From the IMG/VR virus record IMGVR_UViG_3300025135_000004: 64,000 nucleotides of DNA. The stretch is one strand, 5' to 3'. Below are positions 48,484 through 58,707 of the stretch, one piece after another. The notes beneath the pieces were generated by a model that was not told where the DNA came from, searched no databases, and worked only from the letters and a program-made list of their open reading frames with translations. The translations under genes were made by a program, and so were the position numbers. This stretch comes from an uncultured virus (IMG/VR IMGVR_UViG_3300025135_000004). Taxonomy: Duplodnaviria > Heunggongvirae > Uroviricota > Caudoviricetes. Numbering within the stretch: position 1 is the first letter of the stretch; every line of letters begins with the position of its first letter.

Positions 48484-49752
48484 TTAATTTTCTGTTTTTC
48501 TGATTCCAGCAAGTTGCTTCATTCTCGCAACCTCTCTACTTTCGTATAGTGGTTGAGATACGCTCTTAGCAGGAGTTGACTTAATTGAAGTGCTTTTTAT
48601 GCTTTTCTCAGGGTTTTTGTTAACCTTGATTTTGTGCTCACTTACAATAGACTTATAAAGTTTTTCAGCATCTTCTACAGTTTCGCACTTGTCGAACTGC
48701 TCAGAAATCTGAACTTTTTCATCTGTTGTAAGGCCACCTGACATAGCTACTTTATAAGCCATAACCAACTTAGCGTTGTAGTCTTGCATTTGACCAAAAT
48801 TTTCTTGAAGTCTGATGAATGAGTTCTCGAACTTTGATAGCTCTTGTTCTAATTCTTCTTTCTCCGATTGCAAACTTTTGTTTTCCTTAATGAGCTCAGC
48901 TAATTTAGCCTCATATTGAGCTTTATTTTCATTCATTTCTTTTCTATGTTCAACACCCTGTCTTGGATGTTTCGCAAGTCTATTAGAGTGTCTCAAGTTG
49001 TGACCAACTCCATGCATCTCTTCCATAGTGTCATCTTCTAATTCATCGTCTCCAATGATTTCAAGAACTTCATCCATTTCTGACATATCCATTTCGTTGT
49101 TTACAACCTCAAATGTTATCTCTTCAGCAACTGGTGCAGGAGCTGGTGCTGGCGCAGGAGCTGGTTCAGCCATAGGCTCTGCCGCAGCTTCTGTATCATC
49201 AATAATATCAATTTCGTCACCTTCCTCAGCGGCAGTACCACCCATCATACTCATCATCTGGTCCATTTTGTCCATAAGAGCTTGAAACGGATTTGCCATT
49301 TCTTCAGCTGGCATCTCTGCAGCTGGTTCTTCAGCTACTGGTGCAGCTTCTGGAGCTGGCGCTGCTTCTGGAGCTGGCATAGCCATCTCTTGTTCTTCGA
49401 AGTTAGTTTCTTCTATCATTTCTTCTATTTCTGAATTATCAATTTCAATTTCATCATCTTCATCAGAAACCTCGATTTCTTCTGAATCCATATAATCATC
49501 TCCAATTTCACCTTCTGCTTCTACATTAACATTTCCATTATCGTCAATTGTTATAGTAGCACCTTCTGCGCTAATTGTGATGTCTTCGTTAAGTGCATCT
49601 TCTTCTAATGAAGAATTCATGAGCTCAATCACCTTTTTGCTAACATCCTCTTGTAGGCTTTTTGTAGCCTCCTCAATTGCAAACTTTTGAATTTCTTCAA
49701 ATTGTTCTTTAGCTTCTTTAAGTGTTGATTTGTTAATCCTCTTATCGCTCAT
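48484..49752 (-). CDS. Prohead core scaffolding protein (gp22-like)
   Basis: Very acidic, Pro/Ala-rich linker and coiled coil; C-terminal RMKQLAGI; lies between protease and capsid genes. Confidence 0.8.
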   Translation of the reverse strand: MSDKRINKSTLKEAKEQFEEIQKFAIEEATKSLQEDVSKKVIELMNSSLEEDALNEDITISAEGATITIDDNGNVNVEAEGEIGDDYMDSEEIEVSDEDDEIEIDNSEIEEMIEETNFEEQEMAMPAPEAAPAPEAAPVAEEPAAEMPAEEMANPFQALMDKMDQMMSMMGGTAAEEGDEIDIIDDTEAAAEPMAEPAPAPAPAPAPVAEEITFEVVNNEMDMSEMDEVLEIIGDDELEDDTMEEMHGVGHNLRHSNRLAKHPRQGVEHRKEMNENKAQYEAKLAELIKENKSLQSEKEELEQELSKFENSFIRLQENFGQMQDYNAKLVMAYKVAMSGGLTTDEKVQISEQFDKCETVEDAEKLYKSIVSEHKIKVNKNPEKSIKSTSIKSTPAKSVSQPLYESREVARMKQLAGIRKTEN

Positions 49753-49827
49753 AATTGTTAGTTTAATAGATGTTGATTTCTAATAAATATTCTTAAATTT
49801 TATAAAAACTAAATTTGAATATTTTTT

Positions 49828-50496
49828 TTATTTATTTCTCCAAAAATCATTGTTAGATAATTGTTGTATTTTCTGGTATTGAGACAACTTTTCTTGTACC
49901 CCCTCAGTGGTTAATACCCCTGTAGATTGTGAAAGAGGAATCATTCCCACTCCCAATGTTTTATGACCCTTACCCTCTTTGAATAGATAAGCCCCTGGAG
50001 TAGATGGTGATGATACAAAGTCAAATGCAATCAATTCAAAGTCTTCTTGTACAATATCTTGGTCTCCCTTGTTTTTTACAGAACCAACACCTCTTGATGA
50101 AATACCAAGCATGAATCCAGCCTTAAGAAGTCCTTTAAGAATTTGTCCAGCAGGAGTCTCCTCAGCGATAAGGACCTTCCCATAAAGGTCTTTTCCTTGC
50201 CACCACATTTCTGTAACTCTATGTGATACATTTGCAAGAGAAACAACAGCTGAATCTGGGTGGTCAAGTTCTCCACCTGCAGTGTGATTTTCGACAAGCT
50301 CCATGTATTTATTAACTTCTCTTCTCAAGATAGCTTCTGGATATACTCTTCCATTTCTATTTAATTGGTCAGCTTTTTGTAGAATACCAGTCATGATAAG
50401 CGGCTTACCAGTTTTTTCAGATTCAATTATAAGTTCCTTTGGACACTTGAATTCGTAGAATTCTGAAATAATATACTTTTCGTTATTAGTTATCAT
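49828..50496 (-). CDS. gp21: Prohead protease (T4 gp21-like)
   Basis: NRNGRVYP, GELDHP, VSHRV, TPAG, GISSRGVGS, DFVSSPS. Confidence 0.95.
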   Translation of the reverse strand: MITNNEKYIISEFYEFKCPKELIIESEKTGKPLIMTGILQKADQLNRNGRVYPEAILRREVNKYMELVENHTAGGELDHPDSAVVSLANVSHRVTEMWWQGKDLYGKVLIAEETPAGQILKGLLKAGFMLGISSRGVGSVKNKGDQDIVQEDFELIAFDFVSSPSTPGAYLFKEGKGHKTLGVGMIPLSQSTGVLTTEGVQEKLSQYQKIQQLSNNDFWRNK

Positions 50497-50597
50497 TTGT
50501 TGAGTTGTTTACTATAAATATTCGATTTTTTCAAAATTTCGGTAGGTTTAATAAAAAAGCCCTATAACAAGGGCTTTTCTAATTTTAGAAACACTAT

Positions 50598-51419
50598 TTA
50601 TTTCTTTCTGTTTGTTATTTTGTCGGCACCACCAGACTCATTAAGGTTCTTTTCTAACAAACCCCTATTCATCATATCATCTATTGACATCCACTTCTCT
50701 GGCTCAGGAGCCCTTTTTACATTAACCTCATCAAATTCAATATCATAATTTTGCAATATTTGCATTACTCTTGAAAGGGGAATTCCACGTTCTCCATATG
50801 CAACGCCAAGGCTGTTTAGTTCAGATTCTGCATCTTTAACAATATCTCCAGCATTTTTTGCCAATGTAATTAATTTCTTTAGTGATATTTTTTTGCTTTC
50901 GTCAGATTCATTCATATCCACGTTTTTATTATCTAAATTTCCCCAAACTTTTTCATAATCTGGATTTTGAATATCGCTCTTAATACTATTTTTTCTGTAT
51001 TCAAGTTCTTCAACATATGTGTTTAAATCATTTATAACTTTTGAAATCCTATCAACCATTTGTTTTGGACTAACTTTTCCTTGTAATATTTTTTCTCTAT
51101 GTAAATATCCAAAATCAGAATTTTCCGAATCCCAACCATAAAGAGCATCATCTAATTTTGATTTTAAATCCATTTTAAAATTTTCACCAATACCCTCATT
51201 CATAATTCTTTCTCTTGGAATCATGTTGTTAAAAGCAATAGTTTTCTTCCTAAGTTGATTTTGAGCTTCACTTTTTGCATCTTCCCATGCCTCTGGGTTG
51301 TTTAGGGCATTTAATTCCCTATTGATTTGTTCAAGCCTATTTTCTATGAGAGTCTTATTATGAATTTCCCTAACTCCTTCTCTAATTAGTTTTTGAAGTT
51401 CACTTATCGTAATTTCCAT
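50598..51419 (-). CDS. Probable head-internal protein
   Basis: MEITISELQKLIREGV N-terminus; late motif upstream. Confidence 0.55.
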   Translation of the reverse strand: MEITISELQKLIREGVREIHNKTLIENRLEQINRELNALNNPEAWEDAKSEAQNQLRKKTIAFNNMIPRERIMNEGIGENFKMDLKSKLDDALYGWDSENSDFGYLHREKILQGKVSPKQMVDRISKVINDLNTYVEELEYRKNSIKSDIQNPDYEKVWGNLDNKNVDMNESDESKKISLKKLITLAKNAGDIVKDAESELNSLGVAYGERGIPLSRVMQILQNYDIEFDEVNVKRAPEPEKWMSIDDMMNRGLLEKNLNESGGADKITNRKK

Positions 51420-51505
51420 CTTAAATATTTTTTATGAATCTTTTTATAATAAATAGCAAAAAAAAAGACCTCCTTGCGGAAGTCTAAAAAAATAAGATGC
51501 TGGGA

Positions 51506-52033
51506 TTACATTGATTTTTTGAATATTTCGAATTCATCACCCTTAGAAAGTAGATGAGAGTCTCCTATTAAGTTTGCTATTTTTACCGCCTCATCAAATA
51601 TTCCAGTGTTTTTTTTATTACTCAGAGGTAATTTTTTATCCTCACGAATATTTAATGTGTGTAAGTAGAGTTCCAGAGAAATAAAATTTCTCTTATTATT
51701 ATAATTAATGTTTTCAGGTATATTCTTGATATAAATATTTTCCTTCTCACTGGTAAAATATTTACTACTCTTTAGATGGTCCTTGAGCTCATTTCTGTAA
51801 ATTCTATTTAGGTTGTTGTTTAAAATGTCCTTTAGCACATCCTGGTGCTCACCGAGTAATTCATCTACTGGCTTGGCCCAGAAACTTATAAAAATATACA
51901 CAGTTTCTGGAGCATCTCTATTTTCAACTGTTCCAACTTTTACATTAATATCTTTGTTATTAAGGAGCTCATCCTCAACCTTAATTTCTCGTGCTGTTCT
52001 CTTTGCTTTAACTTCCATTGTTCTCAATTTCAT
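51506..52033 (-). CDS. Hypothetical protein
   Basis: 175-aa ORF flanked by terminator-like hairpins. Confidence 0.6.
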   Translation of the reverse strand: MKLRTMEVKAKRTAREIKVEDELLNNKDINVKVGTVENRDAPETVYIFISFWAKPVDELLGEHQDVLKDILNNNLNRIYRNELKDHLKSSKYFTSEKENIYIKNIPENINYNNKRNFISLELYLHTLNIREDKKLPLSNKKNTGIFDEAVKIANLIGDSHLLSKGDEFEIFKKSM

Positions 52034-52122
52034 TGATAAAGAAATATAGGAAAAGAAAATATCTAAAACAAAAAAAAGTGAGAAATAATCCCACTTTTTC
52101 TTGCATAATTAAAAATTAATCG

Positions 52123-52944
52123 TTATAAGCCACTCAAGGTTTGTTTAAGCTCAAGACACTCAAGAATATAGTCATCAATCTCAGTGTGTGAAATATTTGA
52201 TATTCTTTCGATTTTTTCTTTAAATTCAATCAATATGTCATGATTTGCTTTTTCTGTACCATCACTTTCCAGAAGAGCATCAATTAATTCAAGATTTTCT
52301 TTTTTGATGTCGTTAAGAAACTCTTCTTTATCACCAGCTCCAGAAGTAAGAATTGATAGAACTTGTTTTTCAGATTCATTCAGATGCTCATACCTTTTGT
52401 TAAAATTATTTACAGCTAATTTGGTAACAAACTTCCAGGCTTCCTTAAGAGCTGGAGAATCATCATTCTCTTTTGATTTCTCTTCTTCTTTCACTTCTCG
52501 TGTAAGATGTTCGATTACTAAGTCATAAGCAACTCCCTCTCTCTCAAAGTCAGAGAAAGCCTTATTGCTAACTGATTCAATTAAAGTATTGATTGCTTCA
52601 AAAAGGTCTCCACCCTCTCTTGCCTCAACGTGGCTTACATCTGGATTTCCAAGCAATTCTTTTCTGACATCCTTATTTTCTCTCAAGATTTCTTGCCAAT
52701 TAGCATTTCTAAACATGTTCAAGTTTTGGTTGAGAAATCTCTCGGCCAATCTCTCTTTAGAAAATGGCTTGCACTCTTGAATGTTTTTAAAGATTAACTG
52801 CTGCTTTTTTAAATTAGGACTCGCATTGGTCTTTTTTATAAAACTATCAAGAGTATTACTTTTATTCTCTCTCATCAGCTCTATTGAAGATAGTTTTGCA
52901 ACGCTATCTCGTATTGCTCCAAAGTTATAGCTAATATTTTTCAT
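52123..52944 (-). CDS. Hypothetical head-module protein
   Basis: 273-aa helical protein with late motif upstream; FNKRYEHLNESEK. Confidence 0.6.
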   Translation of the reverse strand: MKNISYNFGAIRDSVAKLSSIELMRENKSNTLDSFIKKTNASPNLKKQQLIFKNIQECKPFSKERLAERFLNQNLNMFRNANWQEILRENKDVRKELLGNPDVSHVEAREGGDLFEAINTLIESVSNKAFSDFEREGVAYDLVIEHLTREVKEEEKSKENDDSPALKEAWKFVTKLAVNNFNKRYEHLNESEKQVLSILTSGAGDKEEFLNDIKKENLELIDALLESDGTEKANHDILIEFKEKIERISNISHTEIDDYILECLELKQTLSGL

Positions 52945-53002
52945 ATTTTACAGGTCGTTTATTAATAAATACATTAAAAAACAGAATTAATCAAGATTTT
53001 TT

Positions 53003-53033
53003 TTTGGTTGTTTTGTTTTTTTTTATATCTTCG
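53003..53033 (+). promoter_or_regulatory. Bacteroidota-type promoter (variant)
   Basis: TTTG (53003-06), 19 nt, TATCTTCG (53026-33). Confidence 0.5.
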
Positions 53034-53071
53034 CTTCGACAATTAAGTTAAAAATTAAAATTATAAGAATT

Positions 53072-55399
53072 ATGTCATCTAAGTATTTAAACACTGGTAA
53101 CGGCAAATTTTTCTATAATCAGGTCGTTAAACCTGAGACTTCCGAAACGAAGACTGTAGAGATTTCAGCACACCACACTTTTATCATCGACTGTTCTGGC
53201 TCCATGTGGGGAGAACTATCGCAAATCCGTAAAGACTTGTATAACAAGATTTCTACAATGCTTAAACCAAACGATTCAGTAACAATTATTTGGTTTTCTG
53301 GTAGAGGTCAATATGGAGTCCTTCTTGAAGATTACCATGTAAATAGTGCCATCGGCCTAAATAAAGTTAAGGAGCTTATTGATAGATATTTAACCACAGT
53401 TGGGTTAACTGCCTTCAAGGAACCTCTTGTTGAACTTAAGGAAGTTATTAAAAGAGTTCAAGGAAGAAATAAGGACATGATTCATACTATGTTCTTTTTA
53501 ACTGATGGTTATGATAACTGCTGGTCAACAAAAGAAATTATCAGTGCAATCGAAGGTGTTAAAGAGGAACTTGCAAGTGCAACAATTGTTGAATATGGTT
53601 GGTATTGTAACAAGAAGCTTCTCAATGAGATGGCAACTGCTGTTGGTGGAGTTCACACATTTAGCAAGAACTTTGACGAGTATGAGCCTTACGTAGAGAA
53701 AGCGTTCAACAACGGTCAAAGTGTTAAGAGAAGGTATATCAAACTTGACCACGCTGCACATGGAGGGATTGTCTTTAATATCGTAGATGGAGACATTATC
53801 ACATATCTTCCAAATGAAGATAATGAAATATTTGTAAGTGTTGAGGGTGAAGTTAACTTATTCTACTTTACTGAAAAAAATCCAGGAGGAATTTATCTTG
53901 GAGATGAGAACTTCATTTCTGATGCAACACTTGCTGGAGATACTTCGAATGTTATTTTTGCTGGACTTTATGGAGCAGCTTTCGCATACTCAAGAAGCAG
54001 TGACTACAACATGGTTTCTGAGGTTTTGAAATTCCTTGGAGATGCCTATTTGATTACTGAGAAAGCGAATACATTCGGTACTCAAAAAATTAATGAGCTT
54101 GAGGCTAAATTCATTAACTCTATGAATAACGTGAGTGAAAGATATACTCAAGGATATAATCCAGACCTTGAGCCAGCTGAAGATGCTTATTGTGTTATGG
54201 ATATGCTTGAAACATTGATGTCAAGTGATGAAAATGTTTGGTACCCAAGACATGAGTCTTTCGGATACCAGAGAACTGGAGGAAAGGCTGTCGCTAAGAA
54301 GTCTGACATGACTCAAGAAGACAAGGATGAAATTAAGAGGCTTACTGAGGCTGGAGACATTGCGGCACTTCAAATTAAGCTTCAGGAGGTAGGTGAGACT
54401 ACAACCGAAACACTAAAGTTTCAGTACAACGAAGAAATGCCTTCAAGCCCAATTTCAAATCTTACTTGGAATGAGAAGAGAGCAAATCTTTCTGTTCAAG
54501 TTCAATACGAGGGGTATGTAGAGCTTCCAGATAATAATTTTGGATTGGGACCTAAGTTTGACACTCATATCTTTAGAAATTATACAATCATTAAAGACGG
54601 TGTAATCCACACGTATGAGTTACCAGTTAGCTTGAATAAAGACACTTTTGATACTCTTCAGGCAAATGGACTTCTTGAGGGAGAAACTTGGGAATCTGGT
54701 AAGATTATGGTTCTTAATTTCTCTAAATTACCTGTAATCAACAGACAAATGGTTAAATCCCTTTCTGCTGAGGCTTTATTTAAGAAATCTCACGAATTAA
54801 TCAAACTTCAAGCTGCAAATTATGTATTTGGTCAGTATAAGAAAAGGTTGTTTGATGGTGCAAGCAAAGGCTTTTCTGACCTTTATGGCGCTGAGGCTAC
54901 AGAATGGTTAAAAGGTCTTGGTCTTAGAGATTACGGATTTAATCCGCCAAGTGTAGTTGAGAAAATGAATGAAGAAATTGAAGTTAATACTCTTGAGGTA
55001 AAAATTCAAGGATTATCTTCATCTCCAACTAAGGCTGATTTCGATAAGCTTGAGAAAAAATTCCAAGCAGGTCTTGATGAAAGCTCGCTTTCTGGAAAAG
55101 AATTGCTTATTTCACCAGCAATGAAAGAATTCAGAACTTTCGAGCAAACTCTTAGCGGTCTTTCTGACGACTCAAAGAATAAAATGATTGAAGAGTGGAT
55201 TTATAGCAAGTCTAATTCTTTCAGAGGAGCTAAGACTAAGCTTATGACAGAAATTGCAAAGGCTAAATTCTTAACAATTGTTGGTAAATCATGGTTCCAA
55301 GAATTTGCAAGCAGAGAAGACAATCAGTTAACTCTTTTGCTTGATGGACAAGATACCACTTGTACTGTTTTTGACAAACAAGAAACCATCAAGTTGTAA
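53072..55399 (+). CDS. von Willebrand factor A (VWA) domain protein
   Basis: MIDAS motif IIDCSGSM, T, FFLTDG in the N-terminal ~200 aa. Confidence 0.85.
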   Translation: MSSKYLNTGNGKFFYNQVVKPETSETKTVEISAHHTFIIDCSGSMWGELSQIRKDLYNKISTMLKPNDSVTIIWFSGRGQYGVLLEDYHVNSAIGLNKVKELIDRYLTTVGLTAFKEPLVELKEVIKRVQGRNKDMIHTMFFLTDGYDNCWSTKEIISAIEGVKEELASATIVEYGWYCNKKLLNEMATAVGGVHTFSKNFDEYEPYVEKAFNNGQSVKRRYIKLDHAAHGGIVFNIVDGDIITYLPNEDNEIFVSVEGEVNLFYFTEKNPGGIYLGDENFISDATLAGDTSNVIFAGLYGAAFAYSRSSDYNMVSEVLKFLGDAYLITEKANTFGTQKINELEAKFINSMNNVSERYTQGYNPDLEPAEDAYCVMDMLETLMSSDENVWYPRHESFGYQRTGGKAVAKKSDMTQEDKDEIKRLTEAGDIAALQIKLQEVGETTTETLKFQYNEEMPSSPISNLTWNEKRANLSVQVQYEGYVELPDNNFGLGPKFDTHIFRNYTIIKDGVIHTYELPVSLNKDTFDTLQANGLLEGETWESGKIMVLNFSKLPVINRQMVKSLSAEALFKKSHELIKLQAANYVFGQYKKRLFDGASKGFSDLYGAEATEWLKGLGLRDYGFNPPSVVEKMNEEIEVNTLEVKIQGLSSSPTKADFDKLEKKFQAGLDESSLSGKELLISPAMKEFRTFEQTLSGLSDDSKNKMIEEWIYSKSNSFRGAKTKLMTEIAKAKFLTIVGKSWFQEFASREDNQLTLLLDGQDTTCTVFDKQETIKL

Positions 55400-55415
55400 A
55401 ACAATTTTGATTAAA

Positions 55416-55452
55416 TAAAAAGGGGAACTCTTAATTGAGTTCCCCTTTTTTT
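55416..55452. terminator. Bidirectional intrinsic terminator
   Basis: AAAAAGGGGAACTC-TTAATT-GAGTTCCCCTTTTT between convergent genes. Confidence 0.85.
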
Positions 55453-56773
55453 ATTTTGCTTCGGCAAGTTCTTTATTTTTTTGCTTACTTTTTTCAAGAA
55501 TATTTTTATAAAAATCAACTCTGTTAGCAGTAACATTTGTTATCTCATATTTATCCTTTACAAATTCATGAAGATTATTAGCAAGCTCCTGTCTGTATTC
55601 AGGGTCCTCAATAACCCTCTTCATGTGCTTGTACCAATCCTTTTTGTCATTCTTAACAAGAAGTCCAGTTTTACCATCTTCAAGAAGCTCCTTATAAATT
55701 CCAAAGTCTTGTGCAATAATCACCTTTTTCTTCATCCCAGCTTCAATTATTTTAAGCTCCGACTTAACTTCATTAAATACATGTCTCCTATTTTGAATCT
55801 GAACTGACTGACTTCCATTTGGCTTTTGATGAACTATTTTCTCCTCAAATCTATCAATAAGCGGAGCAAGACATACATCTGCATAATCATAATGCTTTCC
55901 ATATTGAGTGAGAGGAAGAGTCCATCTTCTCACATAGTTCTTTGTATATTGCTCATCTTTATAATCAGTGTCTTTTGCTTTCTGAATTTTCTTTAGCCAC
56001 TTGTAGTATTCTGGGTCATTTTCCTGGTCTTTATAACCACTTGTAAAAATCTCCTCAAACTTACACCAAACAGTTTCATGAGGTAATATAGCTCTTGTTT
56101 TTCTTTGTCCATTTGGACCCATTTCAGTAATTGTTCCTCTGGTATCAAATCCGCACATTACAACTTGAAATTTATCTCTCAATTCATTGTTTGACCAAAG
56201 TTGTTGAAATCCAGGTCTCATTAACTCAAGGTCATGTAGGTGAGATGAGCCTCCAATCCAAGATATTCTACATTTATTTGAAACGTTTTCACTTGCTTCT
56301 GATGTCCACATTTGATGCTCCATATTAAGAGCATTTGGTATTACACCAACATTCTCATTGTATTTTCTGATATAATCAGCAAATATTTCTGTTGTAGTTG
56401 TTACGTAATCAGAAAGTCTAATGTTGTTAGATATTTTTTCACTTAACTTCTCCATTTTCACAATCTCATATAGAGGGTGGGTCGTAGGTGGTTCCCAGAA
56501 ATCATCAATATCCATAACAAGCAAAGTTCCACTTTCTTGTATTTTTGGAAACAATTCTGCAGAACTCTCATAAGGGCCAATGTGCCTGTGAAAGTGAATT
56601 ATGTCAAAACTTTGAAAATAAGCTATATTATTGATGTTTGGTTGATGATTAATTTCAACTTCAATTTCATCACCAAAATGCTTCTCTATTGCTTGTGCTG
56701 GCCATATTGACCTAAAGTGACCAACACCTTGTGTATCACTTGGAATAATTAGTACTCTGATTTTTTTATTCAT
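55451..56773 (-). CDS. GT-B fold (GT4-like) glycosyltransferase
   Basis: GVGHFRSIWP, DIDDFW, VIPNAL, WIGGSSHLHDL, DVCLAPL, KSELKIIEAG, DGKTGLLV. Confidence 0.8.
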   Translation of the reverse strand: MNKKIRVLIIPSDTQGVGHFRSIWPAQAIEKHFGDEIEVEINHQPNINNIAYFQSFDIIHFHRHIGPYESSAELFPKIQESGTLLVMDIDDFWEPPTTHPLYEIVKMEKLSEKISNNIRLSDYVTTTTEIFADYIRKYNENVGVIPNALNMEHQMWTSEASENVSNKCRISWIGGSSHLHDLELMRPGFQQLWSNNELRDKFQVVMCGFDTRGTITEMGPNGQRKTRAILPHETVWCKFEEIFTSGYKDQENDPEYYKWLKKIQKAKDTDYKDEQYTKNYVRRWTLPLTQYGKHYDYADVCLAPLIDRFEEKIVHQKPNGSQSVQIQNRRHVFNEVKSELKIIEAGMKKKVIIAQDFGIYKELLEDGKTGLLVKNDKKDWYKHMKRVIEDPEYRQELANNLHEFVKDKYEITNVTANRVDFYKNILEKSKQKNKELAEAK

Positions 56774-56774
56774 T

Positions 56775-57062
56775 CTATTGTATATTTGTACCTGTGGCCG
56801 TTATATAAAAATTTAAAACTCTGGGTTTATTATTCTCGTCAATAAAATTAACATCCCCAGATATTGCACACGCATCAATAATGTGTGGGTCCATATTCCA
56901 ATTCAATTCAACCTGAATACTTGGAAGGTATTTTTTAAGGATGACATCAAGCCCTTTTCTTAACTTAGCATCATTTTGCTCAAACAGTGAATTTAAAGCC
57001 CAATGCTCTATAGTTGTCTTTATAAGTTTTCCGTGGAAACTGTCTTTCTCCTCTTCTTGCAT
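56775..57062 (-). CDS. Stand-alone tail-sheath C-terminal-domain-like protein
   Basis: LFEQNDAKLR...IID...GDVNF...LNFYITATG aligns by eye with the sheath C-terminus LFEQNDQTLR...TIDR..VGKIQ...LTFQVLPTG. Confidence 0.55.
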   Translation of the reverse strand: MQEEEKDSFHGKLIKTTIEHWALNSLFEQNDAKLRKGLDVILKKYLPSIQVELNWNMDPHIIDACAISGDVNFIDENNKPRVLNFYITATGTNIQ

Positions 57063-57175
57063 AATTATATTTTTAGAAATATAGAATTAGAATTGTTCAA
57101 AATCAATACTTAATACTAAAAAACAAAAAAGAGGATAATAAATATCCTCTTCTAATTAATTATCAAATGCCTTTT

Positions 57176-57448
57176 TTAGTTTCCTAAATACCCATCTACA
57201 TTTTTGATAGCATCAACAATATCCATCATAGGCTGTCCAAGCGGTAGATTTAATTCTGTGTTATCAAAATTCCTATCAATTTCAAGTAGACCCCTTCTTT
57301 CTTGAGCATCAAGAGGAGCTGTTAATTTATTGAGAGATAGAACTATTTCTCCAGGATTTAAAATTACTCCAGGGTTTTTGTCTGCACCAAGAGCAATAGA
57401 AATTTTAACTGGCGATTGATTTATGTTTTTAATTTTCCAAGTATTCAT
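57176..57448 (-). CDS. Hypothetical protein
   Basis: 90-aa ORF followed by a terminator hairpin (57125-57152). Confidence 0.6.
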   Translation of the reverse strand: MNTWKIKNINQSPVKISIALGADKNPGVILNPGEIVLSLNKLTAPLDAQERRGLLEIDRNFDNTELNLPLGQPMMDIVDAIKNVDGYLGN

Positions 57449-57498
57449 AGTAAGTGTTTTTCTAAATGTAATAATTCGATTTATTAAACTAAAGTGAA

Positions 57499-58608
57499 TT
57501 ATGATTTTATGTATCCCTTGTTTTTTGATATTCTATCAACTGGCACATAATAAGTGTCAGTACCGAACCTCCACTCTTGAACTTCAGAGTTTTCTCTAAC
57601 AAGCATTTTTTTATCTCCAGAATTTATATTTTCACTTAACTCTTCTGGTAGTACAACTTTTTGAAAATTAATACCCTCAACAATTTCGCTCATAGTTATA
57701 TTGAATTCAATTTCCTCGTCACCACTTGTATCTTCATTTATAGCTGTCGTGTTTAAGTTATCTGGATTTATTGCTCCAAGAGCATAATTAGGAACATCAC
57801 TTGATGCCTTCTCTGTATTTGTTAGAAGAGAGTCTTTAACAATTCCCATCACAATATCATGCACAACCTTCTCAAGGTCTACCGAACTTTTAATGTAAGT
57901 CTCAAGCTCTCCCTTGGTAGGTTCGTCAATCTGAGGCATTGAAGGTGCTGCATATGGATTTTCTTTGTATCCAGGACCTTCAGAATAATCTGGCAAAGAA
58001 CTCTTTTCTACAAAGCTACTGGTTCCATTTGCGTAATTAAACGTAATCTCTCCTATTTCCTCAAATTTAGCAACATAAACCTTTGCCTTGGTTTTCCCTT
58101 GCTCAATCCAAAGGTCATTCATAGATTTTTTAACCTCTGGGTCATCCATAAGTCTCATTGGCTTATAACTAAGGTTTTCACCACTTTCTCCAATATCATT
58201 ATATTGAAATACAAACAACTCTGATGGCTCAGCTTTCTTAAGTACCTCTGGTAACTCAGGCGTATAACCCACAGCAGGAATAGAGTCTTGTTCCGAAGGT
58301 GTTGAGCCAGCATCTAAAAAAAATGTCTCAGTGTCACCAGTTGTGTTCACCTGCTGTTCTGGAGAGGCTTCAAATTGGTTTTGGTCAGGAAAATTCTTAT
58401 CAAATCCCCCTTCAGATGGGGGAGTAGGGGTATCAAGCTCTGAAACTATATTTGGAATCTCTTTCGCTGCCTCTCTTTTTTTGAACGCAAGAATTTTATC
58501 TTTAATTCTTTCAATAGCATCTTCTGGAAGTGATTCCTCAAGATTTTCTTGTCGAATCCCATTGGCTATCAACGCTTTTAATTCTTCTATATTGATTTGT
58601 TTTGACAT
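57499..58608 (-). CDS. Acidic probable head-internal protein
   Basis: INIEELKALIANGI N-terminus; late motif upstream. Confidence 0.55.
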   Translation of the reverse strand: MSKQINIEELKALIANGIRQENLEESLPEDAIERIKDKILAFKKREAAKEIPNIVSELDTPTPPSEGGFDKNFPDQNQFEASPEQQVNTTGDTETFFLDAGSTPSEQDSIPAVGYTPELPEVLKKAEPSELFVFQYNDIGESGENLSYKPMRLMDDPEVKKSMNDLWIEQGKTKAKVYVAKFEEIGEITFNYANGTSSFVEKSSLPDYSEGPGYKENPYAAPSMPQIDEPTKGELETYIKSSVDLEKVVHDIVMGIVKDSLLTNTEKASSDVPNYALGAINPDNLNTTAINEDTSGDEEIEFNITMSEIVEGINFQKVVLPEELSENINSGDKKMLVRENSEVQEWRFGTDTYYVPVDRISKNKGYIKS

Positions 58609-58707
58609 AAACGCTTTTTTATATAAATATTAAGATTTTTATTAAATCAATAATCCTTTGTTTTAATCAAAAAAATGCTTATTTATTGAAAAAGAAATAA
58701 ATATTTT

